64,000 bases of DNA from an uncultured bacterium. Lineage in GTDB: Bacteria > Oederibacteriota > JAAXVQ01 > JAUVAV01. Numbering within the stretch: the stretch's first letter is position 1; every line of letters starts with the position of its first letter. This document shows positions 8,613 through 22,241 of the stretch, one piece after another. The stretch covers positions 127,419-191,418 of the forward strand of contig CAZVUO010000001.1 in assembly GCA_964630235.1 (NCBI GenBank), read 5' to 3'. The notes under the pieces are model-generated. The model searched no databases. It had not been told where the DNA came from and saw only the letters and a program-made list of their open reading frames with translations. The position numbers were made by a program, and so were the translations under genes.

Positions 8613-11600
8613 GCCCCGCCCGGCCGGCTGTTGGTTTTTTTGCTCCCCGCCCCCGCGATTTCAATGCGGTCCGGGCCCACCAGCTTTCCCAATCCCTCGA
8701 GCAGGGGCTCGTCCACCGTCACACCGAACTGCTCGGGCAGCTGTTCCCGCACTTCGCCATGGTGGACCGTGGCCAGCTGAAGCCACACCGGCGTGGCCCC
8801 GCTGTGCTTGAGCAGCAGTGCCTTCAGTTCTCCCAACTGGTCCGTCCCCAGGGTCGGGGGCAGGTGCAGGATCAACTTTCTGGACAACTGGGGATACGCC
8901 TGCGTAAAGGGCACGATGTCCGCGGCCACCAGCCGGCTTTCTTCCCCGCTGCGGTCCACCCGCCCCAGCACGAAGAGCAGCGCCCCTTTCACCAAAAACG
9001 TCCGGTGCCGGCCCAGCAGGTCCGGCCACACAATCACCTCGACCAGGCCCGCGGGATCTTCCAGCCAGAAGCGGAGCATGGTTTCCTTGCGCTTGGTCAG
9101 GCTGTGCCGGAGGCCCGTGACCTCCCCGCCGATCACCACGGACGCGCCTTCCGGCAGCCCGCCCAGCGTCTGGGTGTTGGCGGTATTGAAGGTTTCCAAA
9201 ACCCGGGTGAACTCGGCCAGCGGATGCCCGGAGAGATAGAACCCCAGCGCTTCTTTCTCGTCGGCCAGACGCTGGCGCGGCGATTCGGCCGGTTGCGCTT
9301 CGGCGGCCGCCGGTTCGGCGGGCAACTCGTCGAACATGGCCATCTGCCCTTGTTCCTTCTCGCTCTGCCATTTCTGCGCCGCACCCAGCACCTGCGGCAG
9401 CTGGCGCAGCAGCTGGGCGCGGCTGGCGTTCAATCCGTCCAGCGCGCCGGCCTTGATCAGGCTTTCCAGCACGCGGGCGTGCACGGTCCGGAGCTCCACC
9501 CGGTTGCATAAATCGGAGAATGAACGGAAGGGCCCGTCCGCCGCGCGTGCCTCCCGGACGGCCCGGGCCGCGCCGATCCCCACGTTTCGAATGGCGGCCA
9601 GGCCGAAGCGGAGCCCTTCCCCTTCGGCGGCGAACAATTCCTGGCTGGCATTGACGTCGGGCGGAAGCACGGACAGGCCGAGCCGCCGGCATTCCGAAAG
9701 GTACAGGGCGATCTTATCCGTGTCACCGGCTTCGCTGGACATCAGCGCGGCCATATAGGGCAGGGCGAAATTGGCCTTGAGATAGGCGGTTTGATAGGCC
9801 AGCAGGGCGTAGGCCAGACTGTGGGACTTGTTGAAGCCGTATTCTCCAAAGCGGACCAGCTGGTTGAAGATCGTCTCCGCGGTCTCGACCAGGATGCCCC
9901 GCGACCGGGCGCCCGCCGTGAACCGCTCCCGCTGCTGTTCGATGGTGTCCGGGTCCTTCTTGCTCATCGCCCGCCGCAGCAGGTCCGCCTGCCCGTAGGT
10001 GAAGCCGCCGAGCGTGACGGCGATCTGCATCACCTGTTCCTGATACACAATGGTGCCGAAGGTCTCGCCCAGGATCTCGGCCAGGGCTGGATGGGCGAAA
10101 TGGATCGGGACCCGGCCTTGCTTGCGCTGGATGAAATCGTCGATCATGGCCATGGGCCCGGGCCGGTAGAGCGCGATCAGCGCGCAGATCTCCTGCAGCG
10201 ACCGGGGCTGGAGGCGTTTCAGCAGATCGCGCATGCCGGATGATTCCAGCTGGAAAATGCCCAAGGTCTGCCCCTCGCCCAGGAGATCGAAGGTCCGCGC
10301 GTCGTCGAGCGGCAGGCCGGCCAGCCCCGGCGGCGTGCGCCCCGAAGCGCGGATGGCCGCGAGCGTGTCGTCAATCACGGTCAGCGTGCGCAGTCCCAGA
10401 AAATCCATCTTTAAAAGACCCAAGCGTTCGAGGGATTCCATGGGATATTGCGTGGTCAGGGTGGCGGCGCTGGGTACGGATCCGCCTTCGCCGCCCCGGC
10501 CGGTTTTCGTCTGGCACAGCGGCACGAGGTCCATCAACGGTTCGCGGGAAATGACCACCCCGGCCGCGTGGGTCGAGGCGTGGCGCACCTGCCCTTCCAG
10601 CGCCCGGGCGATATCCAGCCACTGCTGCATGCGGGCGTCCCCCGCGAACTGGGCCTTGAGCTCGGGTTCGGTCTCCAGGGCCCGCTCCAGCGTCATGCCG
10701 GGGGTTTGGGGGATCTGCTTGGCCACGCGGTCCGTTTCGTCGTAGCCGATCGCGAGCACGCGCCCCACGTCGCGCACCGCGGCCCGGGCGGCCAGAGTGC
10801 CGAAGGTGATGATCTGCGCCACGTTTTCCTGGCCGTATTTCTGCGTCACATAGGAGATGATCGCCTCCCGGCCGCTGTCGGAGAAATCCACGTCAATGTC
10901 AGGCAGGCTCACGCGCTCCGGGTTCAGGAAGCGCTCGAAGATCAGACCGTAGGTCAGGGGATTAATGGCGGTGATGCCCAGCAAATAGGCCGCCAGGCTT
11001 CCGGACACCGAACCGCGGCCCGGCCCCACCGGGATCCTCCGCTCTTGCGCGTGGCGGATAAAATCCCACACGATCAGGAAATACGAGGCGTATCCCATGC
11101 TCCGGATCACGTCCAGCTCATGCCGCAGCCGCCCGCCGACCTCCGGGCCGGCGCCCGGCAGACGCCGTCGCAGACCCTCCTCGCACAGCCAGGCCAGGTA
11201 GGCGTCCGCTTCGTCGCAAGCGTCGCGGGCCATGATCGCCTTCAACTGCGGGGCCGCGGACGCGGGGACCGGAAAACGCGGGAGCTGGATCCGTCCGGTG
11301 GGCAGTTCGACGTTGCAACGGCCGGCGATCTCCTGGGCGAGCTGGCCGGCTTCGGGAAGCTCGTGGAACAACGATTCCATCTCCGCGCCGGATTTCAGGA
11401 AAAACTCCGGCGCGGGCAGCCGCATGCGCTTGTCATTGTCCAGCGTGGTGCCGGTTTGCAGGCAGAGCAGGACGTCATGCGCCAGCGCGTCCTCCCGGTG
11501 CACGTAATGCACGTCATTGGTGGCCACCAGCGGCAGCGCGAGCTCGCGGGACAGGTCCGCCAGACCGCGGTTCACCGGGCCCTGTTCGGGCAGTCCGTGA

Positions 11601-12142
11601 TCCATGACCTCCAGATAGAAATTGCCGGCGCCGAAGATCTGCTGGTACTCGTCGGCCGCCTGGCGGGCCAACGGGTACTCCCCCTTCTGGAGGCACAGGG
11701 GGATCTCCCCTTGCAGGCATCCGGACAGTCCGATCAGCCCCCGGGCGTGCTGGGCGAGCACTTCTTTGTCAATGCGCGGGCGGTAATAAAATCCCTGGAG
11801 GAACCCGATACTGGCCAGGGCCACCAGGTTGCGGTAGCCTTCCAAGTCACGCGCCAGCAGCGTGAGATGGTAGGCCGCGTCCTGAAGCCCGTGGGTGCCG
11901 CGCTTGTCAAAGCGCGAACCGCCGGCCAGATAGGCCTCCATGCCCAGGATCGGCTTAATGCCGTGCTTGAGGCAGGCGTGGTAGAACTCGATAGCCCCGT
12001 AGAGGACGCCGTGATCGGTCATGGCCAGGGCCGGCATTTTGAGTTCACGGGCGCGATGGATAAGGGTGTCCAGACGGCAGGCGCCGTCCAAGAGGGAATA
12101 TTCGGTGTGCACGTGCAGGTGGACGAAATTTTTAAAGGGCAT
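8606..12142 (-). CDS. dnaE: DNA polymerase III alpha subunit
   Basis: MPFKNFVHLHVHTEYSLLDGACRLD... PHP domain followed by a 1178-aa polymerase body. Its 3' end overlaps the convergent ligase-like gene by 7 bp. Confidence 0.95.
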   Translation of the reverse strand: MPFKNFVHLHVHTEYSLLDGACRLDTLIHRARELKMPALAMTDHGVLYGAIEFYHACLKHGIKPILGMEAYLAGGSRFDKRGTHGLQDAAYHLTLLARDLEGYRNLVALASIGFLQGFYYRPRIDKEVLAQHARGLIGLSGCLQGEIPLCLQKGEYPLARQAADEYQQIFGAGNFYLEVMDHGLPEQGPVNRGLADLSRELALPLVATNDVHYVHREDALAHDVLLCLQTGTTLDNDKRMRLPAPEFFLKSGAEMESLFHELPEAGQLAQEIAGRCNVELPTGRIQLPRFPVPASAAPQLKAIMARDACDEADAYLAWLCEEGLRRRLPGAGPEVGGRLRHELDVIRSMGYASYFLIVWDFIRHAQERRIPVGPGRGSVSGSLAAYLLGITAINPLTYGLIFERFLNPERVSLPDIDVDFSDSGREAIISYVTQKYGQENVAQIITFGTLAARAAVRDVGRVLAIGYDETDRVAKQIPQTPGMTLERALETEPELKAQFAGDARMQQWLDIARALEGQVRHASTHAAGVVISREPLMDLVPLCQTKTGRGGEGGSVPSAATLTTQYPMESLERLGLLKMDFLGLRTLTVIDDTLAAIRASGRTPPGLAGLPLDDARTFDLLGEGQTLGIFQLESSGMRDLLKRLQPRSLQEICALIALYRPGPMAMIDDFIQRKQGRVPIHFAHPALAEILGETFGTIVYQEQVMQIAVTLGGFTYGQADLLRRAMSKKDPDTIEQQRERFTAGARSRGILVETAETIFNQLVRFGEYGFNKSHSLAYALLAYQTAYLKANFALPYMAALMSSEAGDTDKIALYLSECRRLGLSVLPPDVNASQELFAAEGEGLRFGLAAIRNVGIGAARAVREARAADGPFRSFSDLCNRVELRTVHARVLESLIKAGALDGLNASRAQLLRQLPQVLGAAQKWQSEKEQGQMAMFDELPAEPAAAEAQPAESPRQRLADEKEALGFYLSGHPLAEFTRVLETFNTANTQTLGGLPEGASVVIGGEVTGLRHSLTKRKETMLRFWLEDPAGLVEVIVWPDLLGRHRTFLVKGALLFVLGRVDRSGEESRLVAADIVPFTQAYPQLSRKLILHLPPTLGTDQLGELKALLLKHSGATPVWLQLATVHHGEVREQLPEQFGVTVDEPLLEGLGKLVGPDRIEIAGAGSKKTNSRPGGAY

Positions 12143-12151
12143 AATGCCTGC

Positions 12152-12625
12152 TCACGGCGCTGATCCGATGACCTGCAGGATGACGCGGCGGTCGCGGGGC
12201 CGCGTATCGTGATCGATCAGCACCACCTGCTGCCAGGTGCCCAGCGTCAGCGCGCCGTTGACAACCGGGACGGTCAGCGAGGGCCCGATGAGCGCGGCGC
12301 GCAGATGGGACGCGCCGTTGCCATCGCCCCAGGTGCGGTCGTGCTGCCAGGCCCGGCCGGCGGGGATAAGCGCGTCCAAGACGGCCGGGAGGTCTTGCAG
12401 CAGGCCGGGTTCATATTCGAGCGTGGTGACCGAGGCCGTGGCGCCGGGCACGAAGACCGTCGCCTGCCCCTCGCGCACGCCGCTTTCGGTCAGCAGGCTG
12501 CGTAGGTGGTCTGTCACATCCAGCACGTGGTCCTGACCGCGGGTGGATAGGGCCAGTTCACGGGTTAAGACCTTCCAGGTGGTATTCGTTGCCTTGGGCA
12601 TCTTTGCACCCATTTTTAAGGTCAT
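12152..12625 (-). CDS. YjbQ/UPF0047 family protein (secondary thiamine-phosphate synthase-like)
   Basis: ...VFVPGATASVTTLEYEPGL...HLRAALIGPSLTVPVVNGALTLGTWQQVVLIDHDTRPRDRRVIL matches YjbQ. The start is uncertain; in-frame ATGs at 12625, 12613 and 12601. Confidence 0.7.
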   Translation of the reverse strand: MTLKMGAKMPKATNTTWKVLTRELALSTRGQDHVLDVTDHLRSLLTESGVREGQATVFVPGATASVTTLEYEPGLLQDLPAVLDALIPAGRAWQHDRTWGDGNGASHLRAALIGPSLTVPVVNGALTLGTWQQVVLIDHDTRPRDRRVILQVIGSAP

Positions 12626-12626
12626 G

Positions 12627-12786
12627 AGCAGTAGAACAGTCGAACAGTAGACCGCCCCGACCGGAATGACCCATATGGACGCCTTCGGCGCCTCGGGACT
12701 CCCACCGGTCGCCCCGACCGGTTGGATATGGGACTCCCACCGGTCGCAGGTTCGCCTATTCTACTGTTCAACTGTTCTACTGCTCA
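12627..12786. repeat. composite element: 25-bp near-perfect inverted repeat (12627-12651 / 12762-12786) enclosing two direct-repeat pairs
   Basis: gagcagtagaacagtcgaacagtag versus ctactgttcaactgttctactgctc, one mismatch. Inside, cgccccgaccgg occurs twice and gactcccaccggtcgc occurs twice. Confidence 0.7.
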
Positions 12787-12792
12787 CCTGCT

Positions 12793-12841
12793 CCAGCGAC
12801 ATTGAATGGGAACAGAATTATTCCCATTCAATGGTCGCTGG
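12793..12841 (-). terminator. 20-bp stem hairpin overlapping the guaA stop codon
   Basis: ccagcgacattgaatgggaa / ttcccattcaatggtcgctgg with loop cagaatta. The TAA stop sits in the loop and the last 7 codons form one arm of the stem. Confidence 0.55.
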
Positions 12842-14365
12842 CGGTTTGGAGGAAATATCCAGCACCACGCGGTTGACGCCCCGCACTTCGTTGATGATAC
12901 GGTTGGAGACCCGCCCCAGCAGGTCTTGCGGCAGGTAAGCCCAATCCGCGGTCATGGCATCCTTGCTGGTGACCGCGCGCAGGGCCACGACGTTCTCGTA
13001 GGTGCGCTCATCGCCCATGACGCCGACGGTTTTTACCGGCAAGAGGACCGCAAACGCCTGCCACAGCCCGCGGTAGTGCCCGGCTTTTTTTACTTCCTGC
13101 AGGAAGATCGCGTCAGCCTTGCGGACCAGTTCCAGGCGCTCCGGGGTAATTTCCCCCAAAATGCGGACCGCCAACCCCGGACCTGGGAACGGATGGCGCC
13201 AGAGCATGTCCTCGGGCAGGCCCAGTTCCAGGCCCACGTGGCGCACCTCGTCCTTGAATAACTCGCGCAGCGGCTCCACCAGGCTGAAGCGCATTTTTTC
13301 GGGCAGCCCGCCCACGTTGTGGTGGGATTTAATGGTAGCCGAGGGGCCTTTTACCGAGACGCTCTCGATCACGTCCGGATAGATGGTCCCCTGCGCCAGG
13401 AAATCAAAGCTCCCGAGTTTTTCGGATTCGCGTTCAAAGACGGCGATGAACGCGGCGCCGATCCGCTTGCGTTTCTCCTCCGGGTCTTCGACGCCGGCCA
13501 GGGCGTCCAAAAATTCCTTGGTGGCGTCCACCACTTCGAGATTCATATCGTAATTTTTCCGGAACAACTGAATGATCGCCTCGGCCTCGCCTGCCCGCAG
13601 CAGGCCGTTGTCAATCAGCATGCAGGTCAGTTGGCGGCCGATCGCCCGGTGGAGGAGTACCGCGGCCACCGCGGAATCCACCCCGCCGGAGAGCCCAAGC
13701 AGAACTTTCTTGGTTCCCACCTGCCGGCGTATCCGCCCCACGCTTTCCTCGATAAAGGAAGCCGAGGTCCATGACCCTCGGCAGCCGCAGATGCCGTAGA
13801 GAAAATTTTTCAGGATCACCATGCCGTCCGCCGTATGCTCCACCTCGGGGTGGAACTGCAGGCCGTAGATCCTGCGCTGTTCGTCCGCAATCGCGGCCAT
13901 GGGCGCGTTCCGGGTTTGGGCCGCGACGCGGAATCCGGCCGGCAGCTGCGCCAGCCGGTCGCCATGGCTCATCCAGACCCGGGTTTTTCGGCTGAGGGCG
14001 CTGAACAGTGGATGGTCGCCCGTCAGCTCCAGTTCGGCGAAACCGAATTCCCGGTGGTCCGAAGGCTCCACCTTGCCGCCCAGCAGGTGGCCGATCAACT
14101 GCATGCCGTAGCAGATGCCCAGCACCGGGACACCCAGGCTGAACAGCCCGGCGGGGATGAGCGGGGCCTGTTCGGCGTACACCGACGCCGGGCCGCCGGA
14201 AAGGACGATGCCCTTGGGCGCCAGGTCCCGAACGCGGTCCCCGGAAAGGTGATAGGGGTGTATTTCGCAATAGACGTTCAGCTCGCGGATGCGGCGGGCG
14301 ATGAGCTGGGTATACTGAGACCCAAAGTCCAGAATCAGGATGAAGTCTTGGTGCGATGGCTGCAT
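12818..14365 (-). CDS. guaA: GMP synthase (glutamine-hydrolysing)
   Basis: [38 protein letters not shown]... GATase domain plus ATP-pyrophosphatase domain, 515 aa. Confidence 0.95.
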   Translation of the reverse strand: MQPSHQDFILILDFGSQYTQLIARRIRELNVYCEIHPYHLSGDRVRDLAPKGIVLSGGPASVYAEQAPLIPAGLFSLGVPVLGICYGMQLIGHLLGGKVEPSDHREFGFAELELTGDHPLFSALSRKTRVWMSHGDRLAQLPAGFRVAAQTRNAPMAAIADEQRRIYGLQFHPEVEHTADGMVILKNFLYGICGCRGSWTSASFIEESVGRIRRQVGTKKVLLGLSGGVDSAVAAVLLHRAIGRQLTCMLIDNGLLRAGEAEAIIQLFRKNYDMNLEVVDATKEFLDALAGVEDPEEKRKRIGAAFIAVFERESEKLGSFDFLAQGTIYPDVIESVSVKGPSATIKSHHNVGGLPEKMRFSLVEPLRELFKDEVRHVGLELGLPEDMLWRHPFPGPGLAVRILGEITPERLELVRKADAIFLQEVKKAGHYRGLWQAFAVLLPVKTVGVMGDERTYENVVALRAVTSKDAMTADWAYLPQDLLGRVSNRIINEVRGVNRVVLDISSKPPATIEWE

Positions 14366-14435
14366 ATCTTCCCTCGGCGAAAAGGAGGAGAAAAATCACT
14401 GGCGGTTTCCGCGCCTGTGAACCAACTGTCCGGTT

Positions 14436-16061
<1,626 letters not shown>

Positions 16062-16235
16062 TTAGCAAAAGGTCCCATAAAAGTCAAGCCGCAGAACCCT
16101 GAAAAAACAAAGCCGGACAGGCGCTTCCGCACCTGCCCGGCTTTGGGATTGAACTCAATGAACAATTGAGCAATAGAAAACAGACCGCCATTGAGCTTTT
16201 CGTTGCTCTAATTGCTCAATTTGCTCAATTGCTCC

Positions 16236-16264
16236 GGAGCCTGAGCGGCTTAACGCTCAGGCTC

Positions 16265-16265
<1 letters not shown>
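16236..16265 (-). terminator. hairpin ggagcctgagcg-gcttaa-cgctcaggctcc abutting the groEL stop
   Basis: Perfect 12-bp stem directly 3' of the groEL TAG, followed on the transcript by the TTGCTCAAT repeat array. Confidence 0.5.
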
Positions 16266-17935
<1,670 letters not shown>

Positions 17936-17942
17936 TTAAGCC

Positions 17943-18233
17943 TTAGCCTTCCAAAATGCCGTAGATGTCGTCTTCGTTCATGATCATGAGTTCTTCCGCG
18001 TCCAGCTTGACCTCGTTGCCGGAATATTTCCCGAACAGCACGCGGTCGCCGGCCTTAACGTTCATCTGAACCCGCTGACCCTTGTCATCCAGTTTGCCCG
18101 GACCCACGGCGATCACCGTGCCGACCATGGGCTTCTCCTTGGCGGTATCAGGGATAATGATGCCGCCGCGCTTTTCCTCCTTCTCCTCCTCCGGCTTCAC
18201 CAACACCCGATCTCCCAGTGGTTTGAATTTCAT
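17943..18233 (-). CDS. groS: co-chaperonin GroES
   Basis: [44 protein letters not shown]..., 96 aa. The ORF-track ORF is extended upstream; the true start is the internal Met. Confidence 0.95.
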   Translation of the reverse strand: MKFKPLGDRVLVKPEEEKEEKRGGIIIPDTAKEKPMVGTVIAVGPGKLDDKGQRVQMNVKAGDRVLFGKYSGNEVKLDAEELMIMNEDDIYGILEG

Positions 18234-18262
18234 GGACACCTCCTGCCTCCTTATGAAAATAA

Positions 18263-18289
18263 TTAGCACTCTCGTATAGAGACTGCTAA
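18263..18289 (-). promoter_or_regulatory. CIRCE-like operator (HrcA site) upstream of groES
   Basis: TTAGCACTC-N9-GACTGCTAA versus consensus TTAGCACTC-N9-GAGTGCTAA, one mismatch. It lies 30 bp upstream of the groES start in an AT-rich promoter region. Confidence 0.75.
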
Positions 18290-18367
18290 ATCGAAGCACT
18301 AATATAGTCAGAATAAAAAAAAATGCAAGTGTTTTTTTCTGGTTTTTTCGTTTGGTTTTAAAGGCTT

Positions 18368-19126
18368 TTAAACCCGGGGGATGTGGGCCGCGAGGAACCG
18401 GCGCATATGGCCGGCCACCAGGGGATATTCCTGGTCCAGGGTCAGGACATGGTAAGAGTCCGTCAACCAGACCTTCTCTTTTACCGCCGAGCCGGCATGG
18501 TGATAGCAATAGTCCAGACAATCAGGCGGAATCGCATGGTCGTTCCGGGACTGGATGGCCAGCAGCGGGGCCGTAATCCGGGGAAGGGCCCGCCTGGCCG
18601 CGGCCATGACCCCCAGCAGATCTTCCAGGTTTTTGGTGGCGTACCGGGAATAGCATAAATCCTCTGCCTGCCTGGCTTTCACGTCGCTTTCGCCTGCCTG
18701 GCGCCAGGGCGAGAAAAGCTTCAAGAGCGGCAACAGGGCCAGCCGCCAATCCCGGAGATACAGCGCGGGCGCTAACGCCACGACGGCGCTGACCGGACGC
18801 TGGGCCGCCACGTGCAGGGCCAGCGCGCCTCCCATGGAAAGGCCGGCCACGGCCGGCCGGGCATGGGTGCGGGCCAGGGCGTCCCAGGCCTCCACGGCCG
18901 CTGTAAGCCAGTCCCGGGCCGTATGCCGGGCCAGCTCTTCAGGCGTGGTTCCGCATCCCGGCGTGAGGGGCAACGAGAGCGTAAACCCGGCCCGGTTCAG
19001 GTCCTGGGCCACCGGAAGCAGCGTGATCGGCGTGCAGGTGAAGCCGTGCAGAAAAACCAAAGCCTGGGCGCCGCCGTCCAACCGCAGCGGCTTTCCGCCC
19101 AGTGATTCGGTAACTCCCGGTGTCAT
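18368..19126 (-). CDS. alpha/beta hydrolase (carboxylesterase-like)
   Basis: [11 protein letters not shown]...[10 protein letters not shown] nucleophile elbow GxSxG; 252 aa. Confidence 0.75.
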   Translation of the reverse strand: MTPGVTESLGGKPLRLDGGAQALVFLHGFTCTPITLLPVAQDLNRAGFTLSLPLTPGCGTTPEELARHTARDWLTAAVEAWDALARTHARPAVAGLSMGGALALHVAAQRPVSAVVALAPALYLRDWRLALLPLLKLFSPWRQAGESDVKARQAEDLCYSRYATKNLEDLLGVMAAARRALPRITAPLLAIQSRNDHAIPPDCLDYCYHHAGSAVKEKVWLTDSYHVLTLDQEYPLVAGHMRRFLAAHIPRV

Positions 19127-20022
19127 GGCTTTTTTTTCTGGAGGGAACGGATCATTTCCATCAGCGTGTTCATGCCGCCCTGGCTGAACGCGGCACGGTC
19201 GTAAAAGGCCAGCTGTTGGCCGCGGCCGTCCAGAATTTCCAGCCCGTCAAAGGTGCTGAATTCGTAGCGACGGACCACGACCTGGGCCACGCTCAAAATC
19301 ACCTGCAGCAAATCATCGCGCAAGGCGGGCGTGGCCATGTCGCCAAAGGCCGGGGCATCGGGCTGAAAATCAAGGATCAGGCGGAAACGCCCCAAGACCG
19401 TAGGCGTAAGGCGGACCGAGGGGGCGGGCGCGGCGAAATCCCCCCGGACGCCCTGGATGCGGAACAACCGTTCCCCAACCAGGCTGGATTGCAGCTGGGT
19501 GCGAACCCGTTCCGCGGTCTGCCGCGCAAGGAAATCCGGCAGCCGCCACGCCTGGGGCTGGTAGGCCTGATCCGGTGAGGTCATGGCCTTGGCTTCGATC
19601 AGCAGGCGTTGAAAATAATCGTTGCGGGAAATGTCATCCATGATCAGGCGCCGGATGTCCTTGATATACCGCACGAAAGACACTTCCACGCCGAGAATGG
19701 GATCGCGCAGGGTGATCACGAAAAACTCATAAGGAAATTGGGCGGAAAGGGTCACGCGGGAGGTGGTGAGCATGACGTTCTCGATTTTGTTCAGCGCCTG
19801 GTCGGAAAAGCTCAGGTCCTTGAGCAGGGTGTTGGGCGCCACAACCAGCGCGCCCAGGGTCGTGCTCACGGCCTTGACCTGAACCTTGACGTGGTACTCG
19901 TCCTGGCAGATCTTGGCGATGGTCTCCTCGACGCTGCCGACGGGATAGGAAGGACGGCACCCGGCCCACCAGGGAGCCAGCGCCAGCAGCAGGGCGATGA
20001 GAAAGCGGAAGGAAGCGTTCAC
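19123..20022 (-). CDS. hypothetical secreted/lipoprotein
   Basis: N-terminal signal with ...APWWAGC. No recognisable domain; codon usage and GC are consistent with a real gene. Confidence 0.5.
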   Translation of the reverse strand: MNASFRFLIALLLALAPWWAGCRPSYPVGSVEETIAKICQDEYHVKVQVKAVSTTLGALVVAPNTLLKDLSFSDQALNKIENVMLTTSRVTLSAQFPYEFFVITLRDPILGVEVSFVRYIKDIRRLIMDDISRNDYFQRLLIEAKAMTSPDQAYQPQAWRLPDFLARQTAERVRTQLQSSLVGERLFRIQGVRGDFAAPAPSVRLTPTVLGRFRLILDFQPDAPAFGDMATPALRDDLLQVILSVAQVVVRRYEFSTFDGLEILDGRGQQLAFYDRAAFSQGGMNTLMEMIRSLQKKKP

Positions 20023-20027
20023 GGGAC

Positions 20028-21752
20028 CTAAGGTTTCGGCTTGGCGGGATGCTTGCGCTCGGTTTTCCGGCCGCTGTCCGGCTTCGTTTCCCGTTCCGCG
20101 GCGGGGAGCAGAGCCGGCACGCTCGGCGCGGCCAGCTCCGCCGTTGGCGCCGGGTGCGCCAGGCCGTATTCCGCGAAAATGCTGTCAATTTCGTCGTAGT
20201 CGAGTTCTTCCTTCTCCAGCAGTTCTTTCACGAAGCGGTCCACGATCTTCCAGTTTTTCTTCAGAACGCGGGCCGTGTCTTCACTGCATTCCTTGATGAT
20301 TTTCTCGGTCTCCGCGTTGAGCCGTTCTTTCAGCGACTCGGAAATCGAATCAGCCGGCATGCTGGCAAAATCTCCTAAAAATCCATTTCCACCCATGCCC
20401 ACGCGCCAGACCATGAATTGCGCCATGTTCATGGCCTGCTGAAAATCGGAGGACACGCCGGTCGAGGTCACGCCGAAGCGGAGTTTTTCCGCCGTATATC
20501 CGGCCAGGGACACCTTGATGTTCGCCAGCAGCGTGTGGCGGTCCATGGTGTAGAACTCCTCGCGCGGCGTATGGTGCACCACGCCCAAGGCCCCTCCCCG
20601 GGAGATAATGGACGCCTTGAAGACATCGTCCGTGGGATGCAGAAGATAGAGGATGAGCAGGTGTCCGGACTCGTGGTACGCCACCATTTCCCGTTCGTGC
20701 GGAGTCATGGTTTTGCGGTGCTCGATGCCGAGTTCGATGCGCTCGATGGCCTTGCTCATGTCGCCGTAATCCACTTGTTCAGCGCCCCGGCGCATGGCAA
20801 TCAGCGCGGCCTCCTTGATCACATTCTCGATCTCGGCCGGGCTTTTGCCCACGGCTTTGCGCGCCAGACGGCCCACGTCCAGCTCCGGATCGTGCTGAAC
20901 CTTGGCCAGATAATAGCGGAAGATCTCCTCGCGCTCCTGGAGATTGGGTTTGTCAATGAAGAGCTTGCGGTCAAACCGGCCGGGTCGCATGAGGGCCTGG
21001 TCCAAAACCCCCTCGGCCGCGTTGGTCGCGCCGATGACCACCACGTTCTCTCCCCGGGAGCCCAGCCCGTCCATCTCGACCAAAAGCTGGTTCTGCGTGC
21101 TGTTGGTTTCCTCCCCGCCGCCCATGTAACTGAAGGTCCGGCCGCGGCCCACGACCTCGATTTCATCAATGAAGACGATGCAGCAGCCCTCGGCGTAGGC
21201 CAGCTGGCGGGCCTGCTTGAAAAGCTTGCGCACGCGCGAGGCCCCCACGCCCACGAACACTTCGACGAACTCGGAACCGGCCACGGACAGGAAAGGCACC
21301 TTGGCTTCCGTGGCCACGGCTTTGGCCAGAAGGGTTTTTCCGCAGCCCGGCGGCCCGACCATGAGCACGCCGCGCAGGATCTTGCCGCCGATCTGCTTGA
21401 GCCGCGAGCGGTCCTTGATCAACTGCACGACTTCCCAGGCCTCGCGCTTGGCCTGTTCCAGCCCGATGATGTCCGAAAACTTGGTATTCACGTAGGTGGA
21501 TTTGATTTTCTGCTTTTTCATCTGGGAAAATCCGCCGCGGAAAACCGTCATGTACAGGTACACGAAAACCACGGCGTTGAGGGCGGTCATGAGAAGCTGC
21601 AAGGGCAGGGTGGCCAGGGTCAGGTTGAGGTAAAAGGATTCCAGCGACGCCAGGCCGACGATGGTGAAAAAGATCAGTAGCACGACGGCGGCGATGATCA
21701 GAATTCGCACCCAGTAATTCATCAACCAGACTTTAATGCGTCGGTACAGCAT
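20028..21752 (-). CDS. ftsH: FtsH-like ATP-dependent zinc metalloprotease (AAA+ plus M41), short periplasmic loop
   Basis: Two N-terminal TM helices, Walker [14 protein letters not shown], second region of homology, HESGH zinc motif. Start proposed at MLYRRIKVW (21752). Confidence 0.85.
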   Translation of the reverse strand: MLYRRIKVWLMNYWVRILIIAAVVLLIFFTIVGLASLESFYLNLTLATLPLQLLMTALNAVVFVYLYMTVFRGGFSQMKKQKIKSTYVNTKFSDIIGLEQAKREAWEVVQLIKDRSRLKQIGGKILRGVLMVGPPGCGKTLLAKAVATEAKVPFLSVAGSEFVEVFVGVGASRVRKLFKQARQLAYAEGCCIVFIDEIEVVGRGRTFSYMGGGEETNSTQNQLLVEMDGLGSRGENVVVIGATNAAEGVLDQALMRPGRFDRKLFIDKPNLQEREEIFRYYLAKVQHDPELDVGRLARKAVGKSPAEIENVIKEAALIAMRRGAEQVDYGDMSKAIERIELGIEHRKTMTPHEREMVAYHESGHLLILYLLHPTDDVFKASIISRGGALGVVHHTPREEFYTMDRHTLLANIKVSLAGYTAEKLRFGVTSTGVSSDFQQAMNMAQFMVWRVGMGGNGFLGDFASMPADSISESLKERLNAETEKIIKECSEDTARVLKKNWKIVDRFVKELLEKEELDYDEIDSIFAEYGLAHPAPTAELAAPSVPALLPAAERETKPDSGRKTERKHPAKPKP

Positions 21753-21871
21753 CGGATCGTTCTCCCTTGCGCCTGTTCCAGACTGAAATTCCGTTGTTAG
21801 ACCCCGCTCCGCGCCGTGCGGTCCATGCAACCCCTGCGACAGGGCGGCCTGGGGGCTGGGGAAGGGTGAAG

Positions 21872-22150
21872 CTAGGTCTCGACCTTGTGGGTGATCACCA
21901 CGATTTTGATCGCGCTTTTCCGCTCGCCGTCCAGTTCCAGATGCATGAACTCCGAGCGGAACGTCAGTTCGATTTTATCGTCGGCCAGGTAGGACCGCGA
22001 AATGGTGATCGCCTTGATGGCCTGGTTCACGCTCTGGGGACCCATGGCCACGACCTCGATATCCTTGCCTTCCCGGATGTTGTTTGCGATGGCCCCTGCG
22101 ACGGTGGCGGGATTGCTCTTCCCTGCGACTTTCAACGTGAGGAGTGGCAT
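21872..22150 (-). CDS. SpoVS-family protein
   Basis: MPLLTLKVAGKSNPATVAGAIANNIREGKDIEVVAMGPQSVNQAIKAITISRSYL... resembles Bacillus stage V sporulation protein S (~90 aa). Confidence 0.7.
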   Translation of the reverse strand: MPLLTLKVAGKSNPATVAGAIANNIREGKDIEVVAMGPQSVNQAIKAITISRSYLADDKIELTFRSEFMHLELDGERKSAIKIVVITHKVET

Positions 22151-22241
22151 GGTGGCATGTCTCCTTTGCGGCGTTTCCCTGTTCGGGTCCACCCGGCATG
22201 GGCTTCGTAATATTAAAGTATAGCATAGAGGGAAAAGCTTT

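Noticed and set aside
10448-12163. 571-aa plus-strand ORF
   Set aside because: Lies entirely antisense to dnaE. It is low-complexity and Gly/Arg/Ala-rich, typical of spurious antisense frames in 65% GC DNA.
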